Source: a virus (taxonomy: Duplodnaviria; Caudoviricetes). Taken from it: a DNA stretch of 64,000 nt. Below the pieces are notes generated by a model. The model saw nothing but the letters and a program-made list of their open reading frames with translations, made no database searches and was not told where the DNA came from. The position numbers were made by a program, and so were the translations under genes. How positions within the stretch are numbered: the first letter of the stretch is position 1; every line of letters begins with the position of its first letter. Where the stretch lies: the IMG/VR virus record IMGVR_UViG_3300035663_000005, positions 22,728 to 86,727 of that record. One strand, written 5' to 3'. This document shows, one piece after another, positions 38,699 to 48,275 of this stretch.

Positions 38699-38921
38699 TT
38701 CCTTTTAACGCTGGATATCGGTCTTGGATTCGTCCCATTGTTTCCGATAAATCTTTTCCTTCCCGGAACGCTTGCATCATGTCCATCAGAAAAATGGTGT
38801 TGTGTTCGTTGCCTGCAATCAACACTTCATCAAACAAGAGATAGAACATCTCTCTAGTTTGTTCTGCGGTGACTGCGTATTCCTTGCCTTCATGCCGGTA
38901 AATCCAAAGTGGAGAGGTCAT
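38685..38921 (-). CDS. Hypothetical protein
   Basis: Coupled ORF in early operon. Confidence 0.55.
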   Translation of the reverse strand: MTSPLWIYRHEGKEYAVTAEQTREMFYLLFDEVLIAGNEHNTIFLMDMMQAFREGKDLSETMGRIQDRYPALKGNENA

Positions 38922-38923
38922 AA

Positions 38924-39301
38924 TTAAATTCCTAGTTCCTTTCGGATGAGTTCCTTGTTTTCATTCGTTGGATTGTAGAAGCAGTGCTGAAGGTGCGGAG
39001 GAAGAATTCTACAAATCCAACCAGTAGGGTCAGTCTGGTCGTAGTGCCGAAGCATCTGTTCCCAATCTGCACGAGCCATTGGTAAATCTTCAAACTGCTT
39101 TGTGCCGTAAGAGGTGCGACTGCCTGCCTCAAAGTCTCGCACCCATACCGAATCGCCGGGACGCAATACCTTGTATGTTGAGTCATGCAGGTCAAGCGGA
39201 ATAAGGTATTCACGCATCCACATTTGACCAGTTAAACGATTGAAGCACAGCAGACAGTAAACCGAGAACGGGGCCTTCACATCGGTGGCATTACTCGACA
39301 T
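38924..39301 (-). CDS. Hypothetical protein, AR..W..(L/M) family
   Basis: ARADWEQML...GW. Confidence 0.55.
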   Translation of the reverse strand: MSSNATDVKAPFSVYCLLCFNRLTGQMWMREYLIPLDLHDSTYKVLRPGDSVWVRDFEAGSRTSYGTKQFEDLPMARADWEQMLRHYDQTDPTGWICRILPPHLQHCFYNPTNENKELIRKELGI

Positions 39302-39542
39302 CGAGAATTGCTCCCATGTTAACGAGCCTATCCCATTGCTTGCGAGCATTTTCAACCGTCAATTCAATGGTGTTGATGCACTTGTCTTTAAAAAAGTGAC
39401 AGCACATTACATTTCGTGGGTCGGTTTTAACAAGAGTGAAACTCCAAGTTTCTTTCTCATATAGGTGATGAGTCATCACCAAACGATGAGTGATAAACTT
39501 TTCCTTGTTGGTCTGATTGGTTTCCCATTTAGCCCAATTCAT
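39291..39542 (-). CDS. DUF1651-like small protein
   Basis: TVENARKQWDRLVNMG. Confidence 0.55.
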   Translation of the reverse strand: MNWAKWETNQTNKEKFITHRLVMTHHLYEKETWSFTLVKTDPRNVMCCHFFKDKCINTIELTVENARKQWDRLVNMGAILDVE

Positions 39543-39802
39543 GCTCCACCTTCTTCCGCAAAGATTTGACCTCGTTCGTGAAGTTCAGAAAGACGCAGAA
39601 TGGGATGAGCAAGCGCGTCACGAAAACGATTGAGTGATTCGTGCAATCCTTCAATGGTATCTCCCAACACACTTGCAAAGTGCGGAGAGACCGCAGTAAG
39701 GATTCCGTTTTCATACCCTGCTTCGTGAATTGCGAAGTATTCGTTCTCGGGGTCGGTGTCGTGGTGAACCACGCGATGATTCCATGTGAATTCCATTTTC
39801 AA
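39539..39802 (-). CDS. Conserved small phage protein
   Basis: WNHRVV..YFAIHE.Y. Confidence 0.6.
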   Translation of the reverse strand: MKMEFTWNHRVVHHDTDPENEYFAIHEAGYENGILTAVSPHFASVLGDTIEGLHESLNRFRDALAHPILRLSELHERGQIFAEEGGA

Positions 39803-39808
39803 TTTTCC

Positions 39809-40105
39809 TTACTTGGTGGGAGTATACGATTGGTCGCCACGACGCTCGGTTTTCTGAATGAGATACCTACCGTTCTGCTTGGTGATATAGTGTTCCCACA
39901 GTTGACGAGCGTTTTCCACAGTGCCAGTCCAAGTGCTGAGAATCTTGCCAGGCTCACCGTTGGTGTCTGCCCGAACCAAGACTCGGCACTGATGAACATG
40001 CTTGAAAGGTTTGGTGTGAACCACAAACTGCACCCATTCCTGTCGCTTGTAGCCGCCGTAGTCATCTTCAACCAACAGCCAATAGTGAATCACTTCCCAA
40101 TTCAT
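39809..40105 (-). CDS. DUF1651-like small protein
   Basis: TVENARQLWEHY. Confidence 0.55.
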   Translation of the reverse strand: MNWEVIHYWLLVEDDYGGYKRQEWVQFVVHTKPFKHVHQCRVLVRADTNGEPGKILSTWTGTVENARQLWEHYITKQNGRYLIQKTERRGDQSYTPTK

Positions 40106-40107
40106 TT

Positions 40108-40338
40108 TCAGTCTTCTCCTCGCCAGTTTCTGGCCCAAACTTCTTCTCGGTAATCCTCAAGCCCCTTAACCTCTTCACGAAGGCTTTCAATCTCCATCGC
40201 GGCTCGGTCAAGCAGCCACTCAATACCCTTCTTCCCGCTGAACCATGCAGCGGCTTCACGCAAGTCCTTCACAATATCAGGAGTCTCCTGAACGGGAGTC
40301 TTGCGAACAGTCTTCTTCTTGGTCTTCTTGGTTTTCAT
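40108..40338 (-). CDS. Hypothetical protein
   Basis: DIVKDLR..AA.EIESLR (Ead-like DIV..L motif). Confidence 0.55.
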   Translation of the reverse strand: MKTKKTKKKTVRKTPVQETPDIVKDLREAAAWFSGKKGIEWLLDRAAMEIESLREEVKGLEDYREEVWARNWRGED

Positions 40339-40346
40339 TTTTTCTT

Positions 40347-40583
40347 TCAGTAAAGGTTCGGATAGTTTGGATTGTCTTTCAAGGTTTCGTTCATCACTTG
40401 AATCATTGCTCGCATGCGTGTGTCATCGTTTGAAAATTGGTTGGAGTAGTAAATGCCCCAAACAGTTCGCATCGCTTGACGCAACCGCAGTATTTCACTG
40501 CCCGCAGCACACGAAAGTTCATCGCTGCGACGAAACAGTTCGTCCACGATGTCTCGCTTGAATGATGCAGAGGTTGTCATCAC
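40347..40583 (-). CDS. Hypothetical protein
   Basis: DIVDEL..A..EILRLR, similar to neighbour. Confidence 0.5.
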   Translation of the reverse strand: MMTTSASFKRDIVDELFRRSDELSCAAGSEILRLRQAMRTVWGIYYSNQFSNDDTRMRAMIQVMNETLKDNPNYPNLY

Positions 40584-41143
40584 AGTCCTGCTTTCTTACG
40601 AATCTCTTCCAACGAAATCGGCGTGTAGTTGATTCGTTCCACACACACCGAAAAGTAACGAGGGTCTTCCGCCTGACATGCTCGCATCGGCTCCTCGGGG
40701 TCATCGTGCATTTCCATCACGGCTTCCGCGTGAAGATGAGCATGAATGTTCAGCCACCATCCACCAGTCCGATGCCGATACAAGGAATTCGGATGCAGCG
40801 GAATGTGCGAAAGAATCTCCTTGTCCATTCTGTGATACGCACGAATATCCTTGAAATACTTCAGGTATTCGCCTGGCTTCAGAATGTCGTGATTGCCCTT
40901 GATAAGAATCTTGGAACCGTTAAGAGAACCAAGAATTTTCAAAGCCTGATTCGTGAATGCAACATCACCCATCACATACACCTTATCAGCAGAACGCACC
41001 GTAGCGTTCCACCGTTCTGCCATCACCGCATCTCCCTCGGCGGCATTCGCAAACGGGCGAACTCGCTCACCGTTTGAACGAGTGAAGCGGTAAATGTTGT
41101 CGTGCCCGAAGTGCGGACAACCGATGAAGAAGGTGTTAGCCAT
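40580..41143 (-). CDS. Calcineurin-like metallophosphoesterase
   Basis: HFGH, GDV, GNHD, SHIP, NIHAHLH. Confidence 0.85.
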   Translation of the reverse strand: MANTFFIGCPHFGHDNIYRFTRSNGERVRPFANAAEGDAVMAERWNATVRSADKVYVMGDVAFTNQALKILGSLNGSKILIKGNHDILKPGEYLKYFKDIRAYHRMDKEILSHIPLHPNSLYRHRTGGWWLNIHAHLHAEAVMEMHDDPEEPMRACQAEDPRYFSVCVERINYTPISLEEIRKKAGL

Positions 41144-42054
41144 TATCGCTGCCCACCAATCTCCATCGTGAGGTTTGAGGGGGAAACGCGAGCATGCGGA
41201 TTCGGCGTATCACCGATGGGAGGATATCGCATCAGCAGAGCAAGCATCTGCTTGGTGCGCTCGTCGCACAGTCTGTCTGCCTGCTTGGAATCCTCAATAA
41301 GATTGTTGAGAATCTGCTGGTCGGCATCGTTCGGCACATACTCCACATTCGCGGGATTGATGAAACCCACATCCGTGAACTTGCCGTTAGCATCACGCTT
41401 GTCCGACCAAGCAAGACCGATGGCAGGGCCGAAGCGAGTCTTGCCGTCCCAAAACATCATGCCCACCTTGCCGTGCGGATACTTGCGACCCGCATTCACG
41501 CGCCACTTGGAACCCTTCACAGGCTTAGGAGACACCGTTTCCTCCCAACTCTTGCGAAGTTGAGCAAGATAGTTTTCCTTGAAGTTTTTGCCCATCGCGG
41601 CAGCAGTCTGCACCGCCCACACAGTCTTCCACCACACGAGAAATTCGGCTCGCTCCTTCACGGAAGCATCGCACTGAAACGCGGTGCTGGAAACATGATG
41701 ACCGCGAACAGGCGTGTAGCCGTAGCGTCGCTGCTCGTGGCACTGCACCATGATGGGAAGGAAACGCACCATCTCGGTGGCGTTCGGGTCGGGGTTTCGC
41801 AGCCACGCATACAGCATGCAGCACATGCTGGTGGTATCGTCCGCGTAGAGCGGAATCATGCCCCACCAATCTGTGAGACAGCACACCTTGCCCTTGTAAC
41901 GCTCAAACAGATCCTGCGTGTGCGGATTCCATCCCGACTCCAACAGCAGTTCCGCGTTGTCGGAATGGTAGAACAGCGGAGCCGTGGACACGGGCGTGAC
42001 ATCGGCGGGCAGGAGAGTGGCGAGAGAGTAGGGCGGCAATGTAGTTGTGGTCAT
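41143..42054 (-). CDS. GC-rich early hypothetical protein
   Basis: First gene after leaderless promoter; GRKYP.G..G motif. Confidence 0.7.
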   Translation of the reverse strand: MTTTTLPPYSLATLLPADVTPVSTAPLFYHSDNAELLLESGWNPHTQDLFERYKGKVCCLTDWWGMIPLYADDTTSMCCMLYAWLRNPDPNATEMVRFLPIMVQCHEQRRYGYTPVRGHHVSSTAFQCDASVKERAEFLVWWKTVWAVQTAAAMGKNFKENYLAQLRKSWEETVSPKPVKGSKWRVNAGRKYPHGKVGMMFWDGKTRFGPAIGLAWSDKRDANGKFTDVGFINPANVEYVPNDADQQILNNLIEDSKQADRLCDERTKQMLALLMRYPPIGDTPNPHARVSPSNLTMEIGGQR

Positions 42055-42060
42055 CCCTCA

Positions 42061-42089
42061 ATTTTAGCATAAAAACGGGGCCCTGTCAA
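42061..42089 (-). promoter_or_regulatory. sigma70 early promoter, likely leaderless
   Basis: TTGACA-N17-TAAAAT, 6 nt before ATG. Confidence 0.75.
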
Positions 42090-42273
42090 GCCGTAGGGCC
42101 GCCGAATCGCCATTTTTTATTATCGGACGCACACCCAAAAGGACCGGGTTTCCTGCGGGTTTTTGGGGGGTTTTGGAGCCGCTAGCCGCCTCTCTGGCGC
42201 GTTCGCAGGTCGGGCCCCACCCTACGGGCATCCCCACGGGGCCACCCCTCCACGGGGCCTAAAGTTATCGGAC

Positions 42274-43530
42274 TTACCAGGTGTAACGCATTTCGGTGGG
42301 CTGTAGGCCGAACTTATCCAAGAACGAACCTAATCCAAGTCCACGAATTGCTCGACTTAAAATTGCCGCAAAGATTGAAACTACTTTACGCAAAGCCTCA
42401 ACAAACTTTTTAAATCCTTCTTTAACATATTGATAACCTTTCATGCCTGCGTTAACCACATTTTGTTTTGCGGTTTTCAACCAATCGCCCAATCCTTCAT
42501 TGAAACATTGCATGTAGTATTCGTAGTTCTGTTCCAACATCATGCCGTCGAACGCTTCATCTAGTTCGCCTGCATCTCCTGCTTTCTGAGCGAAGTCTAA
42601 TCGGAACGCAATGCCACGAGAACCGCCACCGCTCTTGCTGCTCTTTCTTCCACGGTCACGCAAACCGAACTTGAAGCGAGGCAACATGTGGTCAATGAAT
42701 TCGTCTGCATCCATAAACTTAATGCTGCCGTCATCAAACCATTCCAAGAAGTGAGTGGCTATAAAGTCAGGTTTGTTAAATCGTTTTTCACCTGTCGCAA
42801 ACTCACGAAGTAGTTTCTTGCGATTCTCATTTTTCAACATGAACTTGGTCATTTCAATTGTTATCTTTTCACGAACTCCAATCAAATCCAAGAATTCGTT
42901 TATCTGTTCTAGTTCGCGGTCGAACGGAACTCCTGTTCCACTCTTCAAGCCAGTGACCACACTTATCAGGCGGTCAAATTCATCTTTACCATATTTGGTT
43001 TCAAACTTCTTGCGAGTCTGCTTGTAGACTGTTTCGTTACCGGTTTGAATAATAATGTTAGAAATGGTTTTAGCAATTTCTGCACCTTCTGTTTTTCCAA
43101 AGGTTGCGTTAAGCACCGCGTAGATTTCGTTGGTTTGTGCGGAAGCAATTTGTGCTGCTGCTCCGTTTTTAACCGAGGAGCAATACTTTTTGCCGCTCTG
43201 ATTTAAGAACACAATATCGGTTTTTGGTTCGCCACTCTTAATACTCTTGCCTGGCCCACCTTCCGTGTATGCAGCAGTAATTACCGAAGTGGGTGCTCGC
43301 CCTGCCATCTGCCAAGCCAAGCGAGGCTTGCCAATCTTTTTAACCAACTCTTTAACGCAAGACTTAGCCGCAACTTCCGCTGCTTTGCTTTGATACTTTA
43401 GTCCGGTAGCACGACTTTTTCCTTCGCTTGAAATTTCATTGAACGCCTTCGTCAAGTCCATTTCAAATTTGGTGGAATTGATAGACTCTGTTAGGTAGAG
43501 TTCTCCAAGTAGTCCGGTTAAAGTCTTCAT
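42274..43530 (-). CDS. PD-(D/E)xK-like protein with capsid-targeting-like leader
   Basis: FE...EPKTDI...SVK; MKTL..LL.EL.LTE. Confidence 0.6.
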   Translation of the reverse strand: MKTLTGLLGELYLTESINSTKFEMDLTKAFNEISSEGKSRATGLKYQSKAAEVAAKSCVKELVKKIGKPRLAWQMAGRAPTSVITAAYTEGGPGKSIKSGEPKTDIVFLNQSGKKYCSSVKNGAAAQIASAQTNEIYAVLNATFGKTEGAEIAKTISNIIIQTGNETVYKQTRKKFETKYGKDEFDRLISVVTGLKSGTGVPFDRELEQINEFLDLIGVREKITIEMTKFMLKNENRKKLLREFATGEKRFNKPDFIATHFLEWFDDGSIKFMDADEFIDHMLPRFKFGLRDRGRKSSKSGGGSRGIAFRLDFAQKAGDAGELDEAFDGMMLEQNYEYYMQCFNEGLGDWLKTAKQNVVNAGMKGYQYVKEGFKKFVEALRKVVSIFAAILSRAIRGLGLGSFLDKFGLQPTEMRYTW

Positions 43531-43555
43531 ATCGGTATTTATTCTTTCTGCGTGA

Positions 43556-44503
43556 TTATGCCAATATTGATACTAGTGCGTTAAATGCTTTTTCTGTGGC
43601 ATCAACGCTTGTGAAGAACTTTCGGAAGTGACGCATGAATATTGCTTTATCTTCCTTCTTCCAATCCCAAACGGTTGTGTGCTCATCCGAATTGCTCCAT
43701 TCTGGATCTTCCCCGTATCCTCCTGGCGCGTTCTGCATCATGGCAACAAATCCTCTCAAAGGCACATAAACCTTGCAACGAATCGGCTTATTACTTAAGC
43801 GAAGCACTTCCTCTTCATCATCAACGCTTCCCATTACTGCATTAAGTATATCGCTGCTTGCTTTGCCGTCAAACAGAGTTTCTTGTTTGGTTAACTGTGC
43901 TTCCATGACTGCCATAACGCGAGACTTGTTGGTGCGTTCACGAACATATTTTACCGATATTTTACCAAATGTTTCGGCAACTCTAAATGTTGTTGACCAT
44001 GATTGTCCTTCATACCTAGAACTGTAGGTCATATCTCCAATCAGGTAAGTGCTGCTGCCAGTAAATGCAACATCTTTAAACTTCACTCCCTTAAAGTCAA
44101 CCATACCTAATGTGGTTCCGCGATACGCTTCACCATCATACCAAGTCCAAGAAGCACGAGACGGACAAGCAAGCAATTTTTTCAATGCTAGTTTTACTGA
44201 ATTCATGTCACTTTGCGAACGATTTGAATCTATAGAAACTTTGAAATGCTCTCCGATATTTACTGCTGCCATCCAAATTTCTTTTGTTAGATTTGGTGCA
44301 GCAGGCGCAAACTTTTTGCGATACTCTTCGTATGCAACTCTTATTTTCAAGGTTTCAATCATCGCGTAATCGTAACGAACCGTTTCAAATCTTTCGTAAC
44401 AGAAATACACCAACTCCTTTAACGGTCTAACCATAGGTTGACGCAGCCACCAGCAGATGCCTTCGTTTGGAGCCTCTTGAAGATAGTTGGTGAAATCTTT
44501 CAT
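43556..44503 (-). CDS. Putative ADP-ribosyltransferase (R-S-ExE), paralog 1
   Basis: AYRG, QSWS...VAETF, DEEEVLR; leader MKDFTNYLQE. Confidence 0.7.
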   Translation of the reverse strand: MKDFTNYLQEAPNEGICWWLRQPMVRPLKELVYFCYERFETVRYDYAMIETLKIRVAYEEYRKKFAPAAPNLTKEIWMAAVNIGEHFKVSIDSNRSQSDMNSVKLALKKLLACPSRASWTWYDGEAYRGTTLGMVDFKGVKFKDVAFTGSSTYLIGDMTYSSRYEGQSWSTTFRVAETFGKISVKYVRERTNKSRVMAVMEAQLTKQETLFDGKASSDILNAVMGSVDDEEEVLRLSNKPIRCKVYVPLRGFVAMMQNAPGGYGEDPEWSNSDEHTTVWDWKKEDKAIFMRHFRKFFTSVDATEKAFNALVSILA

Positions 44504-45297
44504 ACGGAATATTTACTTACCTTTTTCTCAAAGTGTTTCCACAAGTTGCTTGTGCTCATTCGTTTTAACGCATCTTCTCCGGTAATTTTAGCAAGACGAG
44601 TTTTGAATGTTTTAATATCTCTTTCGTCTGCATTCCCTATACTGAAATCTACTAGACTACCCCATGCGCTCCATAGGGAAACATAAGCACGAACCTGTAT
44701 TGGTGTGTTGCTTACACGAAGAATTTCTTTCTCTTCGGTGTGAGCAGATATCTGACGAATCACATCAGGTGTTAAGAAAGTTTCTTGTCGTTTAACACGA
44801 TGCTCAATTATGATTTGGATGGCATCTTCAGTAAAAGAAGGTATTGTGTAGTTTGTAAATTGTTGTGCCACCCTAAACTCGTAACTCCACGATTGAATCG
44901 GATGCTCTGATTTATAAGTTCCCGTCGCCACAAGATATTCCACACCGTTAAATTCAACCAATTCTCCTGTAAACTTAAATTTCTCGGCAAGATAACGAGA
45001 AGTCTTATTAAGCCCACGCCAAACTGGTATGCCATCAAACGAGTAAGTCCAGTTTGCACGATTCTTACATTTACACATTTCAAGTATAGCATCGTGAACA
45101 CTAGGTTTTCTTATGCTTGAATCAAAATAATAAATCAACGCGCTTGAGTATTTTTTCAGTGAACCCATACCAGAAGAAACAGGATGTTTAGCCATATCTA
45201 CAAACGCTTCTTCTGTTGGCTGAGACAGCAATTCACAGATGGTTGGCCCCTTTGTCGTTTTGGTGGCTTCTTGAAGATAGTCTATGAAATCTTTCAT
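44500..45297 (-). CDS. Putative ADP-ribosyltransferase, paralog 2
   Basis: VWRG, QSWS...VAQQF, EEKEILR; leader MKDFIDYLQE. Confidence 0.7.
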   Translation of the reverse strand: MKDFIDYLQEATKTTKGPTICELLSQPTEEAFVDMAKHPVSSGMGSLKKYSSALIYYFDSSIRKPSVHDAILEMCKCKNRANWTYSFDGIPVWRGLNKTSRYLAEKFKFTGELVEFNGVEYLVATGTYKSEHPIQSWSYEFRVAQQFTNYTIPSFTEDAIQIIIEHRVKRQETFLTPDVIRQISAHTEEKEILRVSNTPIQVRAYVSLWSAWGSLVDFSIGNADERDIKTFKTRLAKITGEDALKRMSTSNLWKHFEKKVSKYSV

Positions 45298-46181
45298 GTT
45301 AACTTCTCGTTTGTGTTCACAGTAATCTTACCGTTATCCCATCGTGCTGTCCACTTTGCGGTTTTAACAAGCGAGTCCCAAATCTTTCTGGCTTCGCGTG
45401 TGTAGATGTTTGAGCGTTTCGGGTCTGTCCACTTTCCTGTTGAAGGCGAATACCAATACGCAATTTGATATTCGGTAATGGTATTCTTGTCATCGGTAAG
45501 ATGTCCGAAAATTCTATACGGGTATATGCCGTTCGTCGTTTTGCCTTGGTATTTTGCAGTAACTTTCTCAGGCTCTGCAATGATATGCAACACTTCAGGT
45601 ATACTGCCATAACCCTTCTTCAATGTTTCAACTATACTTTCCACATTCCACTTTGCGTTTTTAATTTCACGGTCTGTCATCTCGGTGATAGGTTTACGCA
45701 TGTGTGAAGTCAAGTCAAGCATCACCACCGTAGGATTAATGCCGTTCATAAACGCAATATCCATTCGCGTGTTGCCTGCAAGAACTCGCATATCTCCTTT
45801 AGGAAACTTCACCACGATAGGCATGTCTACCGGCTTGCCTGCCTTTATAAGTTTCTCTAAATCTTTAAGTGTATCTTCATTTCTAAACTTTGGAAACGAA
45901 CGATATCCTGAGATAAGGTCTAGTAGTTCTTCCATGTCTCGGGTGCGACTGCGATTGTGAATCTTACGGTCGGTAGCAGAATCAATCTGCATCGTGGGAG
46001 CAGACTTTACCGCTTTCAGAAACTCTGCTTCGGTTGGAAAAATGTTTCTAGGCAACTCGTGAATCAGATGCTTTAGATACTCAATCTGATATTCTTTGCG
46101 AATGCTAGCATCGCTTGGGCGAACCCAATTGCCGCGTTTCGCTTCACTCAAAACTTCTCGTAGTTGCCAGTAGTCTTTCAT
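45294..46181 (-). CDS. ParB/Srx-like domain fused to AR..W..L domain, with leader
   Basis: MPIVVK...VLAGNTRM; internal ITE; leader MKDYWQLRE. Confidence 0.6.
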   Translation of the reverse strand: MKDYWQLREVLSEAKRGNWVRPSDASIRKEYQIEYLKHLIHELPRNIFPTEAEFLKAVKSAPTMQIDSATDRKIHNRSRTRDMEELLDLISGYRSFPKFRNEDTLKDLEKLIKAGKPVDMPIVVKFPKGDMRVLAGNTRMDIAFMNGINPTVVMLDLTSHMRKPITEMTDREIKNAKWNVESIVETLKKGYGSIPEVLHIIAEPEKVTAKYQGKTTNGIYPYRIFGHLTDDKNTITEYQIAYWYSPSTGKWTDPKRSNIYTREARKIWDSLVKTAKWTARWDNGKITVNTNEKLT

Positions 46182-46182
46182 A

Positions 46183-47331
46183 TTATTTTTCTCGCAACAA
46201 AGTCTTGTAAATATACGCTACTGCTTCACTATCATTACGAACTGCTGATACGAGAGTTCCTTTGGTGAGAATAAACTTCGCTTTAATTGGAGCATTAGAT
46301 ACACGAATCACTTCCTCTTCAGAAGAACCAATTCCAGCACGAGCCGCCAATTTTCTTGAAGCCCGTTCACTAAGCATGCGCTGCTCTATAGGAACCTCTG
46401 CGGAAACTATCACAGGAGCAGAACCAGATACTTTTCCGGTTCCAGGCTTAGGCATTACTCCTCCTGAAATTCCTGAGATGTGTAACTCGGCTTCAGGAGA
46501 ACCACTACCACCAGAGCCAGCCCCTCTTGCAAAATTTTTAGCGACAGCAATACTTCTTGTCCAAGATTGTGCTCCAAGTCTGCTCTGATAGATTCCCTCG
46601 GCGTGTAAGTCGTTTCCGACTCGTTTCCACCTTAACTCTTTAAGTTTATCCCAAGACATAGTTTTGCCGCGATATAAAGTTCCCTTGAAATCTGCCTTTG
46701 TCCAATCGCCTCGTGTTGGACACGCTTGTATTGCTTTAAACACTCCTAGCACCGAGGCTTTACCGCGACCCATTAAATCGGAACCAAACCAATCATTAAA
46801 TGCTGTTTCAATTTTAACGGCTACAGATTCAAGCGTTTTCATTCCGTCTAAAATCCACGCATCTAATAACTCTTTAGTATTATCGTTCCAAAGATATGAG
46901 TCTTTAAGTCCGTCAATCACATACACCATGTCATCAAGAGATAAACTCACGAAGTCGCATATGGTGACACCTGAGAAATTGGGAAATCCTAAATTATCCT
47001 TTTTGCCTTTACTTAACTTGGTAAATATCTTTTTGTCTTCTGGGTCAAATTGGTAATCACTAGGATTGAGTTTTTTTGGTTTACTTGAGTTACCCGATTT
47101 ACTTGAGTTCTTGTCAAGTCCGTATTCTCGTATAATTGTTTCAGCCCATAATTCGCTCCATTCCGCCCCGCCTGTTATCCCGCCTGGAGTCCAGCCACCC
47201 CGAAGTTTTTTAGCCAAGGCTGCATCTCCTCCAAACTTTCTACTCCATTCTTTCCAGTATGCATCCCAAGACTCGTTTACGAGTTTGCTTGAACCCTTCA
47301 ACTCTTCTCGTAGTTGCCAGTAGTCTTTCAT
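46183..47331 (-). CDS. Putative ADP-ribosyltransferase, paralog 3
   Basis: LYRG, QSWT...VAKNFA, SEEEVIR; leader MKDYWQLRE. Confidence 0.7.
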   Translation of the reverse strand: MKDYWQLREELKGSSKLVNESWDAYWKEWSRKFGGDAALAKKLRGGWTPGGITGGAEWSELWAETIIREYGLDKNSSKSGNSSKPKKLNPSDYQFDPEDKKIFTKLSKGKKDNLGFPNFSGVTICDFVSLSLDDMVYVIDGLKDSYLWNDNTKELLDAWILDGMKTLESVAVKIETAFNDWFGSDLMGRGKASVLGVFKAIQACPTRGDWTKADFKGTLYRGKTMSWDKLKELRWKRVGNDLHAEGIYQSRLGAQSWTRSIAVAKNFARGAGSGGSGSPEAELHISGISGGVMPKPGTGKVSGSAPVIVSAEVPIEQRMLSERASRKLAARAGIGSSEEEVIRVSNAPIKAKFILTKGTLVSAVRNDSEAVAYIYKTLLREK

Positions 47332-47333
47332 GT

Positions 47334-48275
47334 TCACTTCCTCTTACCAATGATATTGAAGATGTGGTCAATCTGCTCATCGTTGTGGGTTACAGTTTCT
47401 AACATTCCTCGTGTAACCGTAAACTTTGCTCGGATAGGTTCTGTGGAAACACGAAGCACTTCCTTTTCGTTTAATCCGTGGTGTCCTAACGCTGCTTGAA
47501 TTTTATCAATCATATAAGGATTAAACATGCAATCTTTCGCTGGAATGTTGGCTTGAATAATCACAGGAAGAAATCCTGTTATATTTCTTCCGTATACCTC
47601 TTCCTCTCTTGCATCACTCCAACCTGTTGGTATTTCTAAATCCATATCACTCATAGCACCTTCATTCCCTGCGGCAAATTTTTTTGCTACCTTTGGGTCT
47701 ATGGTCCACGATTGCATTGCTAGTTTGCTTTGATAGATTGCGGTGCATTCTAGATTCTTACCTACAAGTCGCCACGGCATACTCTTGAATTTATCCCAAG
47801 AAATTCGTTTGCCGCGATACAGGATTCCGCCTGAGAATCGTGCCCAATCGCCTCGTGTGGAACACGCTTTAATATCACGGAACACTTGCACCACTGAAGA
47901 CTTGCCGCCACCCATCAAAACATCTCCGAACGCATCCTCAAACGCTTGTCGTATTCTGTCCGTCATTCCTGTGAGAGCATTCCAACCGCGAACCTTGTAA
48001 TCCGAGTAGTTTACGAAATTATCGGTTTGTTCTTTAGAACCTTCTCCGTCTGTAGCCTTAAGCATCCGACAAAAATCTTCAAGGTTTAGAGAAATCAAAT
48101 CACAGAAAGTTACGCCGGTAAAATCAGGAATGCCATTCTCATCTCGCTTGCCTTTGCTAACCTTAAGCAATATCTTTTCATCGGTGGGATGAAATCCTTT
48201 AACATCATATTCGCGCTTCAGTTTAATTTTCTGAGCGGCGGTTAGATCTTCGCGTAGATACCAGTAGTCTTTCAT
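47334..48275 (-). CDS. Putative ADP-ribosyltransferase, paralog 4
   Basis: LYRG, QSWT...VAKKFA, NEKEVLR; leader MKDYWYLRE. Confidence 0.7.
   Translation of the reverse strand: MKDYWYLREDLTAAQKIKLKREYDVKGFHPTDEKILLKVSKGKRDENGIPDFTGVTFCDLISLNLEDFCRMLKATDGEGSKEQTDNFVNYSDYKVRGWNALTGMTDRIRQAFEDAFGDVLMGGGKSSVVQVFRDIKACSTRGDWARFSGGILYRGKRISWDKFKSMPWRLVGKNLECTAIYQSKLAMQSWTIDPKVAKKFAAGNEGAMSDMDLEIPTGWSDAREEEVYGRNITGFLPVIIQANIPAKDCMFNPYMIDKIQAALGHHGLNEKEVLRVSTEPIRAKFTVTRGMLETVTHNDEQIDHIFNIIGKRK

Noticed and set aside
41194-42072. 292-aa plus-strand ORF (likewise 52627..53601 and 57845..58357)
   Set aside because: Antisense shadows of GC-rich genes; no motifs, RBS or promoter
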